NCBI GenBank assembly: GCA_017416065.1
Contig: JAFQDM010000024.1
Coordinates: 17,849 to 81,848, forward strand
Length of the DNA stretch: 64,000 bases
Origin: Ruminococcus sp.
Lineage (GTDB): Bacteria > Bacillota > Clostridia > Oscillospirales > Acutalibacteraceae
Direction of reading: 5' to 3'
Each line of letters begins with the position of its first letter. Positions within the stretch are counted from its first letter, which is position 1. Position numbers and translations under genes: made by a program. Below, piece after piece: positions 1-9,390 of the stretch. A model generated the notes under the pieces. That model had not been told where the DNA came from, ran no database searches, and worked only from the letters and a program-made list of their open reading frames with translations.

Positions 1-251
1 GCTCTGTAGGTTACAGCGGAGCACCCCGTACCGTTTACGTGGTAGCCCCTTTCAGGAGTGACCAGCTTAATTGCTGTGAAGTAGGTTTTGTCCATGGTGA
101 ACTCAGAGCTGCCGTCTGTATTGTTGCCGCCCATAAAGCCGCCGCCTTGTACCGCAGGACGGGTTGCCCATGAGAAGGTGTTGCATATAAGAGTGAAGGT
201 AAACATCAGAATAATAATAAGCTGAAGCTTCAGAAATCTTTTGGTTGTCAT
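1..251 (-). CDS. 5' part of a secreted protein with SipW-type signal peptide (runs off the window edge)
   Basis: Not in the ORF track. Manual translation from ATG at 251, after RBS-like AAAGGACGGTGAG, gives MTTKRFLKLQLIIILMFTFTLICNTFSWATRP..., open to position 1. It has the same TFSW motif as its neighbours. Confidence 0.8.
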   Translation of the reverse strand, partial: MTTKRFLKLQLIIILMFTFTLICNTFSWATRPAVQGGGFMGGNNTDGSSEFTMDKTYFTAIKLVTPERGYHVNGTGCSAVTYR

Positions 252-272
252 GGTCTCACCGTCCTTTCGGTA

Positions 273-3200
273 TTAGTTGGAAATAGTAACGTTGGAAGAA
301 TTGTTGTTGAGGAATGTGGCTTCAATATCCCACGTGCCGACTGTGTGGGTCGTTCCGCTGCCGCCGGAAATATAGAAGCCCTTCATATCTGTGATGTTCT
401 CGGTGATGTTGGAAGTCTGTTTTCCGTTATTGTTGTTGTTGAATATGATTCCCGTAGAGTCGGAGGGAACAAGTGCACAATAAACGCTGTCTCCATCACT
501 GTTTGTACCGATCATATACATTGTATCACCGGGCCATCTGTCAGAGGTGTTGGTATGACCGCCCCAATAATGAATTGCAAGGGTGTTCCATGCCCAGTTA
601 TCAGTTAAGTAGATCCTCTTCCAGTTAGCCTGGTTGGAACCTGTCTTCCACTGAAGTCCGTTGGTTGCCGTATTCTTATTGAGTGCATATGCGGTTGATG
701 ATGCCGTAGTACTTCTGCCGGATGTTGTGTTCCAGTATCTGGAAGTGGTTGCGGTCTCATAAAACCTGATGGTGGTAATAGTGCTGGGGATACAAGAAGT
801 GCTCCAGGTCAGGTTGTCGCTACCCTTTGTAAGGGGAAGGTACATATACGCTGTCTTGCTTGCACCGTTAACGGTGATTGTGGGTCTGATTCTGACGTAC
901 ATATCTGCGATCTCAGAATTATAATGCTTAAAGTTTACTGTGTTACCCGTAAGCTTTGAGCAGAAGTTACCCGAAGCTGTAATAGAGCCTGATTTGGTGG
1001 GTTTGTAGGGATAGAAGTAGTTGGAGGTTGAAGATTTACCAAATGCTTCATTTCCTGAAAGGGATCTCCACTGCATACCGCTGCTGTCTGTAAAGGTTAT
1101 GGTCGTTACGGAATCAGGGATCTGATTTGTGAACCAATCTCCTGCAGCATCCTTTCTCAGGGGCACGACGTATTGGTTGCCCTCATAGGAATAGGTTGCA
1201 GTTACACTTGTAGTTGCATACATGGGAACGAAGTAGATGGGGTATGTACCTGATGGAATGGTAATATCGCCCCAGACACCTGTAGTATGTGTTCCTTCAA
1301 ATGCGTTCAGATCTGTTTCTGTTTGTGTAAGCTCTATGTTGAGATAGTAGTTGTTTTTGGCGTTAGGGCCATACATTGTAGTTACTGAGTATATGTGGAA
1401 GGTATTATTATTGTTTTGCTGCAGGACATTGATACCAAAGCTTGTATTGATGGGAACCTCTGTGTTGAAGTTGAGGTTACTTCTGTTCCAAGCTGTAATG
1501 GTGGTACCTGTAGCAGGCTTCTGTGCGTAAGCAATGTAATAAAGATCATCGCTTACCTTAGTAAGAGGCTTAAGACCCAAAGGCCACGTATCCTCAGAGG
1601 GGTTATACAAGGTTCTGTCAAGATCGTCCTGCTTATTTGTTGTACCGGTTACGTAATTTATGTTATCGTAGCCTGTGTAGGAGATTGCAGGCTCATAGCC
1701 TTCTACATAAAGCTTGGAGCCCAGACCTGAGGCAACAGAAAGGTAGAGGATGTATGTTTTGTCTTCTCCTAAAACACCGCCCGATGCTTCGTTTGTTGCA
1801 CGGTATATGGTGTTGGTTCCTCTGTTTGATGCCGTCCAATAATTTAAGATGGTGGTTTCATTGGAGGAATTCTGACCTTTAAGCAGGAAGCTTACATCTT
1901 TAACCTCATTGGGGATCCAGCAGGACCAGGAGTTGTTACCGTTGTGGTCCTGTTCGGGGGTATCAGTCAAGCTGTACTCAAGAATTCTGCCGTCATAAAC
2001 GATTCTTGTTGAAAGCTTGGTGGAGTTGCCCATATCGTCTGTATCCTTGATGCCCATATAATCGCGGAAGTGGATCTGCTTCAGTTCGCTTGGCTGCAGA
2101 TCCCACACACAAGCTGTAGAGCCCAGCATGGTGATTTCAGTAGAGTTGTATCTGTTGGGAGCCTGCCAGGTAGTGTAATTATTGTAACTGCTTGAGGTTG
2201 GGTTGTTGGTAGGTCTCCAAAGAAATTCGCAGTTCTGAAGTCCAATTGGAATAGATCCTGTCCAGGAATGTGCAGAACTGTTATATTCAAGTTTATAAAG
2301 CGCTCTGTTAGTTACTGTGTCATCGCCATCCATATTGCGAACATAGAGGGCGGTTGTGTTGTTTGAATCATCTTTATTGTCTATCCACCTGGTGGCAGTA
2401 TAGTCATACACGGTAATGTTTCTGTAAATAGACCAGGAGGAGCAAAGCTTAAGTCCAAAGGAGATATCGTTGCCCTCTACCGGTTTATATTCGGTATTGT
2501 TGAGGCATTCGTAGTCAAGAGCCTCCAGCCATATAGAAACTCTGATGGTCTTGATCTCATCTTTTTTAAGGTGGAAGAGAGGCTCAAGCATTGTGCCGTC
2601 TGTCTGCTCTCCGCCTGCATCCGGTCCGTCTATGTGAGTAAGATGGTCTTTATAGTAGCTGTAGCGCCTTGTTCTTTCAACAATGCCTGTCTTGATGTTG
2701 GCTGTGTTGTCTGATTTCAGTGAAGAAACAGCCTTCTGATTAACAAAGGAATTCTCCTCTTCGGTATCAAGAACGTTATTTGTGCTGAGCACGTGAGTTG
2801 TTTCTCCGTCGCTGAATCCAAAGCGGTAGGGGTAGCAATATTCATCGTTGTGCTCTACTCCGTTGATAAAAACTCTGGGGACTATCTCAGAGAGATAGAT
2901 ATCCGTGGGGCCGTCAGGAGAAGAAAGGTTGAACTGAAAGGTGATGATGTTTGCGTTTATGTCCTCAGGACTTAATTCGCGGTATTTGGTGCCATCTTCT
3001 CCGGGAGTTCCCTCGTATGCGGCAAAGAAGCGTTTGCCGTCTGCGCTGGAAACAGGGGAGAGGCGCACATCCCTCTGAGCGTCAAAGAACTTTGTAAGGT
3101 CTATGATGTCGTCTATCTCAGCATCATCGGATGCTTCAAATTCACCAATCATAGCGTGGGATTTAAGCTCAGGAGCTGTTCTGATGTTCTGACCATACAT

Positions 3201-3347
3201 CTCAAGGGAGGTGAGTCCCTCAAACCAGGAGAAGGTCATAGAAGTGAGCAGCAGCAAAAGCTCCAAAACTGCAACCACGGAGAGTATAATACTGCGGACC
3301 TTCCTTGGTTTGCTATTCACTTTTTTTGTTGAATGTTCGCCTTTCAT
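273..3347 (-). CDS. SipW-signal fibre/pilin-like protein with several beta-sandwich modules and a C-terminal CBM26-like starch-binding domain (putative adhesin)
   Basis: Hydrophobic stretch then MTFSWF; LSPVSSADGKRFF and VSIWLEALDYEC motifs; C-terminal IHYWGG..WPGDTM..YCALVP..GIIFNN..QTSNI resembles CBM26; RBS AAGGAGGG. Confidence 0.75.
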   Translation of the reverse strand: MKGEHSTKKVNSKPRKVRSIILSVVAVLELLLLLTSMTFSWFEGLTSLEMYGQNIRTAPELKSHAMIGEFEASDDAEIDDIIDLTKFFDAQRDVRLSPVSSADGKRFFAAYEGTPGEDGTKYRELSPEDINANIITFQFNLSSPDGPTDIYLSEIVPRVFINGVEHNDEYCYPYRFGFSDGETTHVLSTNNVLDTEEENSFVNQKAVSSLKSDNTANIKTGIVERTRRYSYYKDHLTHIDGPDAGGEQTDGTMLEPLFHLKKDEIKTIRVSIWLEALDYECLNNTEYKPVEGNDISFGLKLCSSWSIYRNITVYDYTATRWIDNKDDSNNTTALYVRNMDGDDTVTNRALYKLEYNSSAHSWTGSIPIGLQNCEFLWRPTNNPTSSSYNNYTTWQAPNRYNSTEITMLGSTACVWDLQPSELKQIHFRDYMGIKDTDDMGNSTKLSTRIVYDGRILEYSLTDTPEQDHNGNNSWSCWIPNEVKDVSFLLKGQNSSNETTILNYWTASNRGTNTIYRATNEASGGVLGEDKTYILYLSVASGLGSKLYVEGYEPAISYTGYDNINYVTGTTNKQDDLDRTLYNPSEDTWPLGLKPLTKVSDDLYYIAYAQKPATGTTITAWNRSNLNFNTEVPINTSFGINVLQQNNNNTFHIYSVTTMYGPNAKNNYYLNIELTQTETDLNAFEGTHTTGVWGDITIPSGTYPIYFVPMYATTSVTATYSYEGNQYVVPLRKDAAGDWFTNQIPDSVTTITFTDSSGMQWRSLSGNEAFGKSSTSNYFYPYKPTKSGSITASGNFCSKLTGNTVNFKHYNSEIADMYVRIRPTITVNGASKTAYMYLPLTKGSDNLTWSTSCIPSTITTIRFYETATTSRYWNTTSGRSTTASSTAYALNKNTATNGLQWKTGSNQANWKRIYLTDNWAWNTLAIHYWGGHTNTSDRWPGDTMYMIGTNSDGDSVYCALVPSDSTGIIFNNNNNGKQTSNITENITDMKGFYISGGSGTTHTVGTWDIEATFLNNNSSNVTISN

Positions 3348-3383
3348 ATTATACCCTCCTTTCGGATTTGAATTCTTTATTTA

Positions 3384-5651
3384 TCAAGGGTTGCTTACGT
3401 ATGACCATTCACCTGTGATATACCACTCTTCTTCATCAAAGCCTGTAATGCTGAACAAGTTGTTTGTTCCGTATGTAGCTAATCTGTCGGGAGTCTGGTA
3501 GTCCGGAGCATAATCCCAGTGCCAAACAGGGGCGTTAGGATTACATACTGCAAATAGAACTGCGGGACGGTAATTAGTGAATGTACCGTAAGTTTTGTCA
3601 GAATTTGCATAGAAGCCGATTCCGTCATACAGAGAAACGTTTCTGATGTCATTGGTTCGCTTACTGCTGCTTCCGTTGTCACTAAAGAGCAAACCGGTTG
3701 TGTTCAGAGGAATCTCTGCTTTGTAGATATACTGACCGTAGCCATTCTTGTGGGACTTGGTCATTGTGATTCCGGGCCAGGTTGTGAGTTCGTTGTCTGC
3801 ACCGTTTACGGTTTCCCAGCAGTGAACCTTGGGAGTGGTCCAATTGTTGTTATTCGTGAAGTAAACTGTGATGGTGTTGGGATCTGTATCCACCATATTG
3901 CTCTGCATAAGCTCAGGGGGAACGGCCGCCTTATAGCGGCCACTGTCAGTTTTTGCATGCATGGCAACACCGGCATTGAAACTGGACTCAGTATCATAGA
4001 AATAGGAGACGAGGGGATCACCATAGCTGTAGTTGTTTTCGAAGTCTTCGCTAATATTTACATAGATAAGCTCGTCGCTCCAGTAACCTGTTGTAGTTGT
4101 AGCGTACATAGAGCCGTCATCACTTTCTGCACCGTTAAAATATGCAGAGAAGTATAACTCGTCTGTTCTGTTTGTTTGCCATGTTTTGTCAGGAGCTGCA
4201 ATGTTTACGATCTGACTTGTATTCTTACCGGATTCTCTTACAGTATCATACCACTTGAAGTTGATATCTGTTGCCTGTGAGGGAATGTTGATCTGCCATT
4301 GAGCTCTGTTATTGTGGTAGCTGAGTTTGTAGTTGTGAGAACTCATATTGCCGTTGCCATCCTCAAGCTCAAAGGAGACGTGCATAATATGGGGAGTGGT
4401 TGAATTTATATTTTCGTGAACATTGGAGAGTAAGCTTGCGTTGGGAGTTGCGTCAAAGAGCGTGATGGTTGTGGGGGAGAAGCTTTCTGCCCACATACCT
4501 GCACTGTGACCGAAGGCGTTGAAGGTCTTGCAATTGCCAAGCTCTCCGGCCTCCCAATAGTTCCACTCCTCGTGCGAGGCATTTACCGTTTCCGGATTCA
4601 GTCTTACAAATCGCACGTTGGTAATATGCTCGGGAATTGAGCCGAACCAGGTGTAGTCACTATCGTAATTGCTTGATTTTTCAAACTGTATCAGGTCAGT
4701 AGACTTAATATCATCCTTGTTGATGTTGGCATCTACTGCGCAGATATAGCAGTTGTCGTCTTTTACCCACTTCTCAAGGGTATAATCCTTGAAGTAGTAG
4801 GTGTCTTGCGCCTCGTATGTTGTAGAGAACTTGATTTTAATGTCAAGGTCGTCAATATCCATAACCGAGTTTGTACAGTCAGGATCTGTGCCTTCAAGCC
4901 AGATGTTGACCGTAATGTGCAGGGGAACACCTGCCTCAAGCTTAAACAGAACGTTGCCGTCGCTGTTATTGCTGGTGTATTCGTTGAAAGCATGGGGCCT
5001 GTAAATAATGTTTTTTGTTACTACAGGTCCTGTACCATCACGGTTAATTCCGCCGATGGGCTTGTAATGATCGTTGTTAAAATTCTCCATAGAGTCATCT
5101 TTTAAGGGAGAATTGTCAAACACAATGGATTTACCTTCAACTACTTTTTCAATAAAAGCAACTCTTACTGCGTTTGCAGAGGTTTGATCTGCACTTTTAT
5201 TTTTGATGTAGCTGTCGGCAGAAAGCCAGACGTTACTGTCGTTTTCAGCAGAAAGCTCCAGGTCGAGAGAAAGGTATTTCTTGTTTTTGTCAAGACCTGT
5301 AGCCTCACGGTAGATGAAGTCATCTGCATACTCAATGCCGTCTGTGAAATCCATGTCACTGTCTGCACCGTAGGCAGAAAGCGGGAAGTAGAAATTCCTG
5401 CCGTCTCTGCTGGAGCATTCAGTCAATATGCAGTCCGGGGGAATCTGCATGGTGCCCTGGTTGTTGTCTCCGTAGCCGTAGTTCATATTGAGTCCCGCGT
5501 CTGCGGTGATGGTTATGAACTCACTTGTATCCACCTTTGAAGATGTGGTATCTGAGAGCCAGGCGTGGGTAGCTGTTACCAGAAACGTAAGAATAAGGAC
5601 AAGTGCGACAACAGACCTTATGAGTTTATTTAGTTTTGAATCATAAAACAA
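3384..5651 (-). CDS. SipW-signal fibre/pilin-like protein with CBM26-like starch-binding domain (putative adhesin)
   Basis: TTG start after AAGGAGGT; ATHAWL after hydrophobic stretch; CSSRDGRNFYF, AVRVAF and VNIWLEGTDPDC motifs; TVYFTNNNNW..HCW..WPGITM..YKAEIP..LLFSD resembles CBM26. Confidence 0.75.
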   Translation of the reverse strand: MFYDSKLNKLIRSVVALVLILTFLVTATHAWLSDTTSSKVDTSEFITITADAGLNMNYGYGDNNQGTMQIPPDCILTECSSRDGRNFYFPLSAYGADSDMDFTDGIEYADDFIYREATGLDKNKKYLSLDLELSAENDSNVWLSADSYIKNKSADQTSANAVRVAFIEKVVEGKSIVFDNSPLKDDSMENFNNDHYKPIGGINRDGTGPVVTKNIIYRPHAFNEYTSNNSDGNVLFKLEAGVPLHITVNIWLEGTDPDCTNSVMDIDDLDIKIKFSTTYEAQDTYYFKDYTLEKWVKDDNCYICAVDANINKDDIKSTDLIQFEKSSNYDSDYTWFGSIPEHITNVRFVRLNPETVNASHEEWNYWEAGELGNCKTFNAFGHSAGMWAESFSPTTITLFDATPNASLLSNVHENINSTTPHIMHVSFELEDGNGNMSSHNYKLSYHNNRAQWQINIPSQATDINFKWYDTVRESGKNTSQIVNIAAPDKTWQTNRTDELYFSAYFNGAESDDGSMYATTTTGYWSDELIYVNISEDFENNYSYGDPLVSYFYDTESSFNAGVAMHAKTDSGRYKAAVPPELMQSNMVDTDPNTITVYFTNNNNWTTPKVHCWETVNGADNELTTWPGITMTKSHKNGYGQYIYKAEIPLNTTGLLFSDNGSSSKRTNDIRNVSLYDGIGFYANSDKTYGTFTNYRPAVLFAVCNPNAPVWHWDYAPDYQTPDRLATYGTNNLFSITGFDEEEWYITGEWSYVSNP

Positions 5652-5698
5652 GCTGACGCACCTCCTTAGATGATGTTCAGATTATCAGATATAAATGG

Positions 5699-6718
5699 TT
5701 AATTCACGGGGGAAGCCGTAAAATCAAGGGCTATTGAATATTGTCCCTTGGAAAGAGCACGGGTCGTCTCCGGGTCACATCCTTCAAGCCAGATGTTTAT
5801 GGTTGCGGTTGCCTGGCAAGAGCCGCCCTCCTGCAGGGTTGTGGTTGCGATGGGACGAGGGTTTGTGCCAAGGCTATCAACAACGTCAGCAGAATCCTCA
5901 AGGATATAGTAAGGAGCGCTGGTGGAGTTGACTGACTTGTAGTAAGTGTGAACGGATGTTTTATTCGTAACGTTCTCACTACCTGTATTAACGGCATAGC
6001 TTGTAACACCGTTTGTAATAGTTTTGGTCATTTCAATATCTTTTCTGGGAATGTAAACGTAAACAAGATTATTGTTGCTGTTTACTGCAGAAAGCCTCAA
6101 TGCTCCCACAATGCAGTCATTGGAGAAAAAACCGGTTTCTGCTTTTCCAAACTCGCTATTATTTCCGACATTCTCAGATTCGTTACTTGAGAGCAACTTG
6201 CCGCTTTTTTCTGCAGATGTAATGAAAGATGTGTCTTCACTGAGGTATATGTTAGAAGGGTTAGCCGTCTGGAACACAATGCTCAATGAAATATAGGAGT
6301 TATCTCCGGCAGCATCCCAGCTTTTGTAGGGGTCGGGAGTTCTGTCTGTGCTGGAATCATTATCCAGAAACTCAGGTCTGAAAAAGCTGAGTCCGTCAGA
6401 GGTAATATCCCTCATATAAAGCAGATCCTTAATGGCATTCTCGGGACTGATGTACTGCTGGTCATCTTCTGCCATAAGGTCAATAGCCGGGCGGAAATCC
6501 GAGCCGCCGTTGAGCGATATGAGCATATTGTTGTTAGCAGTCATGGTAACTTGTATGCCTGTAGCTTTAGCTGTGCCTTCACCGCCGGCAAACCAGGCGA
6601 ATACCGCAAATACTAAGACGAATGCAGTAGCTAAAAGCAAAGATATCTGCTTCAGAAGAAACATTTTCTTTGGCGCATTATTCAATTTTATTTTACTCAT
6701 AAAACTGAATTTTTTCAT
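5699..6718 (-). CDS. SipW-signal fibre/pilin-like protein (single domain, putative minor subunit)
   Basis: LVFAVFAWF motif; ITSDGLSFF, ALRLSA and INIWLEGCDPE motifs shared with paralogs. Confidence 0.7.
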   Translation of the reverse strand: MKKFSFMSKIKLNNAPKKMFLLKQISLLLATAFVLVFAVFAWFAGGEGTAKATGIQVTMTANNNMLISLNGGSDFRPAIDLMAEDDQQYISPENAIKDLLYMRDITSDGLSFFRPEFLDNDSSTDRTPDPYKSWDAAGDNSYISLSIVFQTANPSNIYLSEDTSFITSAEKSGKLLSSNESENVGNNSEFGKAETGFFSNDCIVGALRLSAVNSNNNLVYVYIPRKDIEMTKTITNGVTSYAVNTGSENVTNKTSVHTYYKSVNSTSAPYYILEDSADVVDSLGTNPRPIATTTLQEGGSCQATATINIWLEGCDPETTRALSKGQYSIALDFTASPVN

Positions 6719-6729
6719 ATGATATTATC

Positions 6730-9153
6730 TCATTTCTTATGGAAATAGATGCCGAATCTCTTCGAGCCGATATGCTTTGATGTTTCTTGTCTTTGTTCAT
6801 CCTTTGCAAGGCGCGCAAGCTCATCCTCGAGCTCCTTTTTGGCCTGAGCCTTGGCTTGGAGCTCTGCCTGGCGGCGAGCTCTCTCTATTTCAGCCTTAGC
6901 CTCTCTGCGGATATTCTCAGCAAGCTTATCGTATTCTTTCTGCTTTTTGTCCAGCTCTTTGTCAAATCTGGCGCGTTCAGCAGAAACTTGCTTTTTAGCA
7001 TCTTTTTCTTTGTCTTCAAGCTGTTTCAGATAGCTCTTACGTTCTGTATCAAAGCTTTGCTGAAGTTTTTGGATCTCAGATGCATGCTGTTCGTCACGTT
7101 TACTGAGAGCAGTTTGCTGTCTCTGTGCTTCCAAAGCCATCTTTGCCTCAAAGCCTGCAGCAGCCTGAGCGAGCTTGCTCTTGCTGTCCTCAGTGAGAGT
7201 GGTGATTTTGCCCTCATAGTCTTGGCGCATAGCAGAAACCTCTGCAGAGTGTTTCTCGGCAGCAGCCTGAGCCTCTGCCTGATGCTCAGCAGTAAGTGAG
7301 GATACCTCAGCCTTATGCTTGGAGTTCAGGTCTTCAACAGAAGCGTTATGAGTTTCGATCAGCTTGCTGATCTCTTTAGCATGGGCAGACTTAGCTGCCT
7401 CTGTCTGCTGTTTAAAGTTAAGATAAAGCTGTTCTTTATCCTCTTCGTGAGCTTTCTTGAGGGATTCTGTCTCCTGAATATGCTGTGCCTTTGCATCCTC
7501 AAACTGAGTTTTTACTGTTCCAAGCTCCATACTAAGGGCAGAAATCTCAACTCTGTTCTTCTCCAGTGCGGCATCCTTCTCTGCAATGGAGTTCCTGAGT
7601 ATTCCAATCTCTTCTGCACATTTGTAGAGCTCTTCTCTTGTTTTCTCAAGCTCTGCAGTAAGAGAAGCGATAGAAGCCTCCTGAGCTGCAACGGTTGATT
7701 TGAGAGCAGTATTTTCTGTGTTCAGCTGCTCACACTGAGCAGTGAGCTTCTCCACAGCCTCGCGGGCGGCGGCAATAGTTTCAAGATGCTTTTGAATCTC
7801 AGCGCTTTTAGCCTCGATCTGAGCTTTAAGCTCTGCAATCTCTGCATTCTGAGCAGAGATTGTGGCCTGCTGAGCAGATACGATAGCGGTAAGCTCCTCA
7901 ACCTTATCAGCGAGTACCTTGTTCTCTTTTTCAAGCTCAAAAATCTGATCCTTGAGTTGCTGGATTGTGGTTTCGTGGAGGTTTATGAGTCCTCTCATCT
8001 CCGTCATCTTAGCTTCATTCTGACGGAGGGTGAATTTGGCGTGGTTGAGCTGAGAGTTCAGGTCGTTGATCTGCTTTTCTCTGTCCTTGATCTCATCAAG
8101 GCGGATCTGAGCTTCTTCTGCACGGACCTGAGCAATTCTTTTTTCTGTTTCTGCAAGGATCTGCTCCTCAGGTCGCAGGGCTTCTGTTTCAAGCCTTGCG
8201 TTTTCCTCAAGGTATTTCTCGTGGAGCAGACGCCTGAGAGCAGGGTTGGTTGCAATGCTTACTACAAAATGCTGGTAAGACATTACGTTGTACATAGCAA
8301 GCTGAACTTCTTCGTCCATCTTGCCTGAATATTCTTTGCCGACAATTTCAAAACCGGTCTTCTTGTAGGATGTAATGAAGAGGTAAAGATCAAGAGCCTT
8401 TTTGAAATTGGGGTTTTTTGTCATAAGGTTGGTACGCTGAATGGGGGGACGTACCATTTCTGTATTTGTAAGTGCACGGATAAGCGCAGATGCAGAGAAG
8501 TCTGCAAGCACTCGTCTTAGTCTGCGAACACGCTGGAAGTCAGTCAGTGTAGAGATATCCGCGTTAATGTCAAAGTCCTTTTCCTCGTGGCTTTCGTTTG
8601 CATATGTAAGCTCAAAGTCAAGCTTCTGATGGTTGAGGGAAATACTTCTGGAAATATGTATTTTCTGATAAGAGTCATTGGGAGCGTGCTTCATCTCTTT
8701 GTATCTGTCGTCAACAAAGCGGGAAGCATGAACAAGGAGGGTGCGCAGGAAGCGGTTCTCGTAGATTGCAAAGCTTTCCTCACGCTGAATATCCAGAATA
8801 CGCTCCGGAGTAACGTCATCACCCTCAACTCGGGCAATGAGGTTTGTATGCTGAGCAAGGTGGCGAACGGATTCAGAGGTTATCTTGCGTGCCTTTTCAA
8901 TAGGTACGATATCCTCGTTCTGAATGATGAACCTGCGCTGTTCGCGGATAGCCTTGTCTATGTAGGGAATAGCGTCCTCAATAGCTTCAACCCAGTCCAT
9001 ATCAATAACTCGGCTGTAGTTTTTACCGGACAGTTCATCTGTACCCTTGTCGCCGTCTGCTAAGGTACTGTTTATGTATTTATGAGTGAAATCCCCTTTT
9101 AGTGTTTCCTGCATGAGGATAAACGCACGGTAATATTTGTTAAAATCTGCCAT
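6730..9153 (-). CDS. DUF2357 (McrC N-terminal-like) domain fused to a long coiled coil; no nuclease domain recognised
   Basis: SFAIYENRFLRTLL and TNLMTKNPNFKKALDLY resemble DUF2357 signatures. Residues ~320-790 are E/K/A/Q-rich heptad-like sequence. It lies next to an McrB-like gene. Confidence 0.7.
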   Translation of the reverse strand: MADFNKYYRAFILMQETLKGDFTHKYINSTLADGDKGTDELSGKNYSRVIDMDWVEAIEDAIPYIDKAIREQRRFIIQNEDIVPIEKARKITSESVRHLAQHTNLIARVEGDDVTPERILDIQREESFAIYENRFLRTLLVHASRFVDDRYKEMKHAPNDSYQKIHISRSISLNHQKLDFELTYANESHEEKDFDINADISTLTDFQRVRRLRRVLADFSASALIRALTNTEMVRPPIQRTNLMTKNPNFKKALDLYLFITSYKKTGFEIVGKEYSGKMDEEVQLAMYNVMSYQHFVVSIATNPALRRLLHEKYLEENARLETEALRPEEQILAETEKRIAQVRAEEAQIRLDEIKDREKQINDLNSQLNHAKFTLRQNEAKMTEMRGLINLHETTIQQLKDQIFELEKENKVLADKVEELTAIVSAQQATISAQNAEIAELKAQIEAKSAEIQKHLETIAAAREAVEKLTAQCEQLNTENTALKSTVAAQEASIASLTAELEKTREELYKCAEEIGILRNSIAEKDAALEKNRVEISALSMELGTVKTQFEDAKAQHIQETESLKKAHEEDKEQLYLNFKQQTEAAKSAHAKEISKLIETHNASVEDLNSKHKAEVSSLTAEHQAEAQAAAEKHSAEVSAMRQDYEGKITTLTEDSKSKLAQAAAGFEAKMALEAQRQQTALSKRDEQHASEIQKLQQSFDTERKSYLKQLEDKEKDAKKQVSAERARFDKELDKKQKEYDKLAENIRREAKAEIERARRQAELQAKAQAKKELEDELARLAKDEQRQETSKHIGSKRFGIYFHKK

Positions 9154-9188
9154 TTAGGATTTCCTCACCTCTTTCAAAATACTTTTAA

Positions 9189-9289
9189 CCCCTGCAAAGG
9201 GGACTTGCTCCAACCCATCCTTGTGTAAGGAGGGTGTCAGCATAGGCTGACGGGAGAATTGTAATTACAGTGGAGGTTCATTAACCTCC
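9189..9289. repeat. REP-like cluster of short GC-rich hairpins
   Basis: TCCTT-GTGT-AAGGA, GTCAGC-ATAG-GCTGAC and GGAGGTT-CATT-AACCTCC hairpins in an intergenic gap. Confidence 0.55.
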
Positions 9290-9390
9290 CATAGGGAATT
9301 TATGAATCGTCCCTGCAAATTACCCGATTATCTGTTGTGAACAATACACCAGGAAAAGTGTATATATAAATGTAATATTAAACCTATTGA

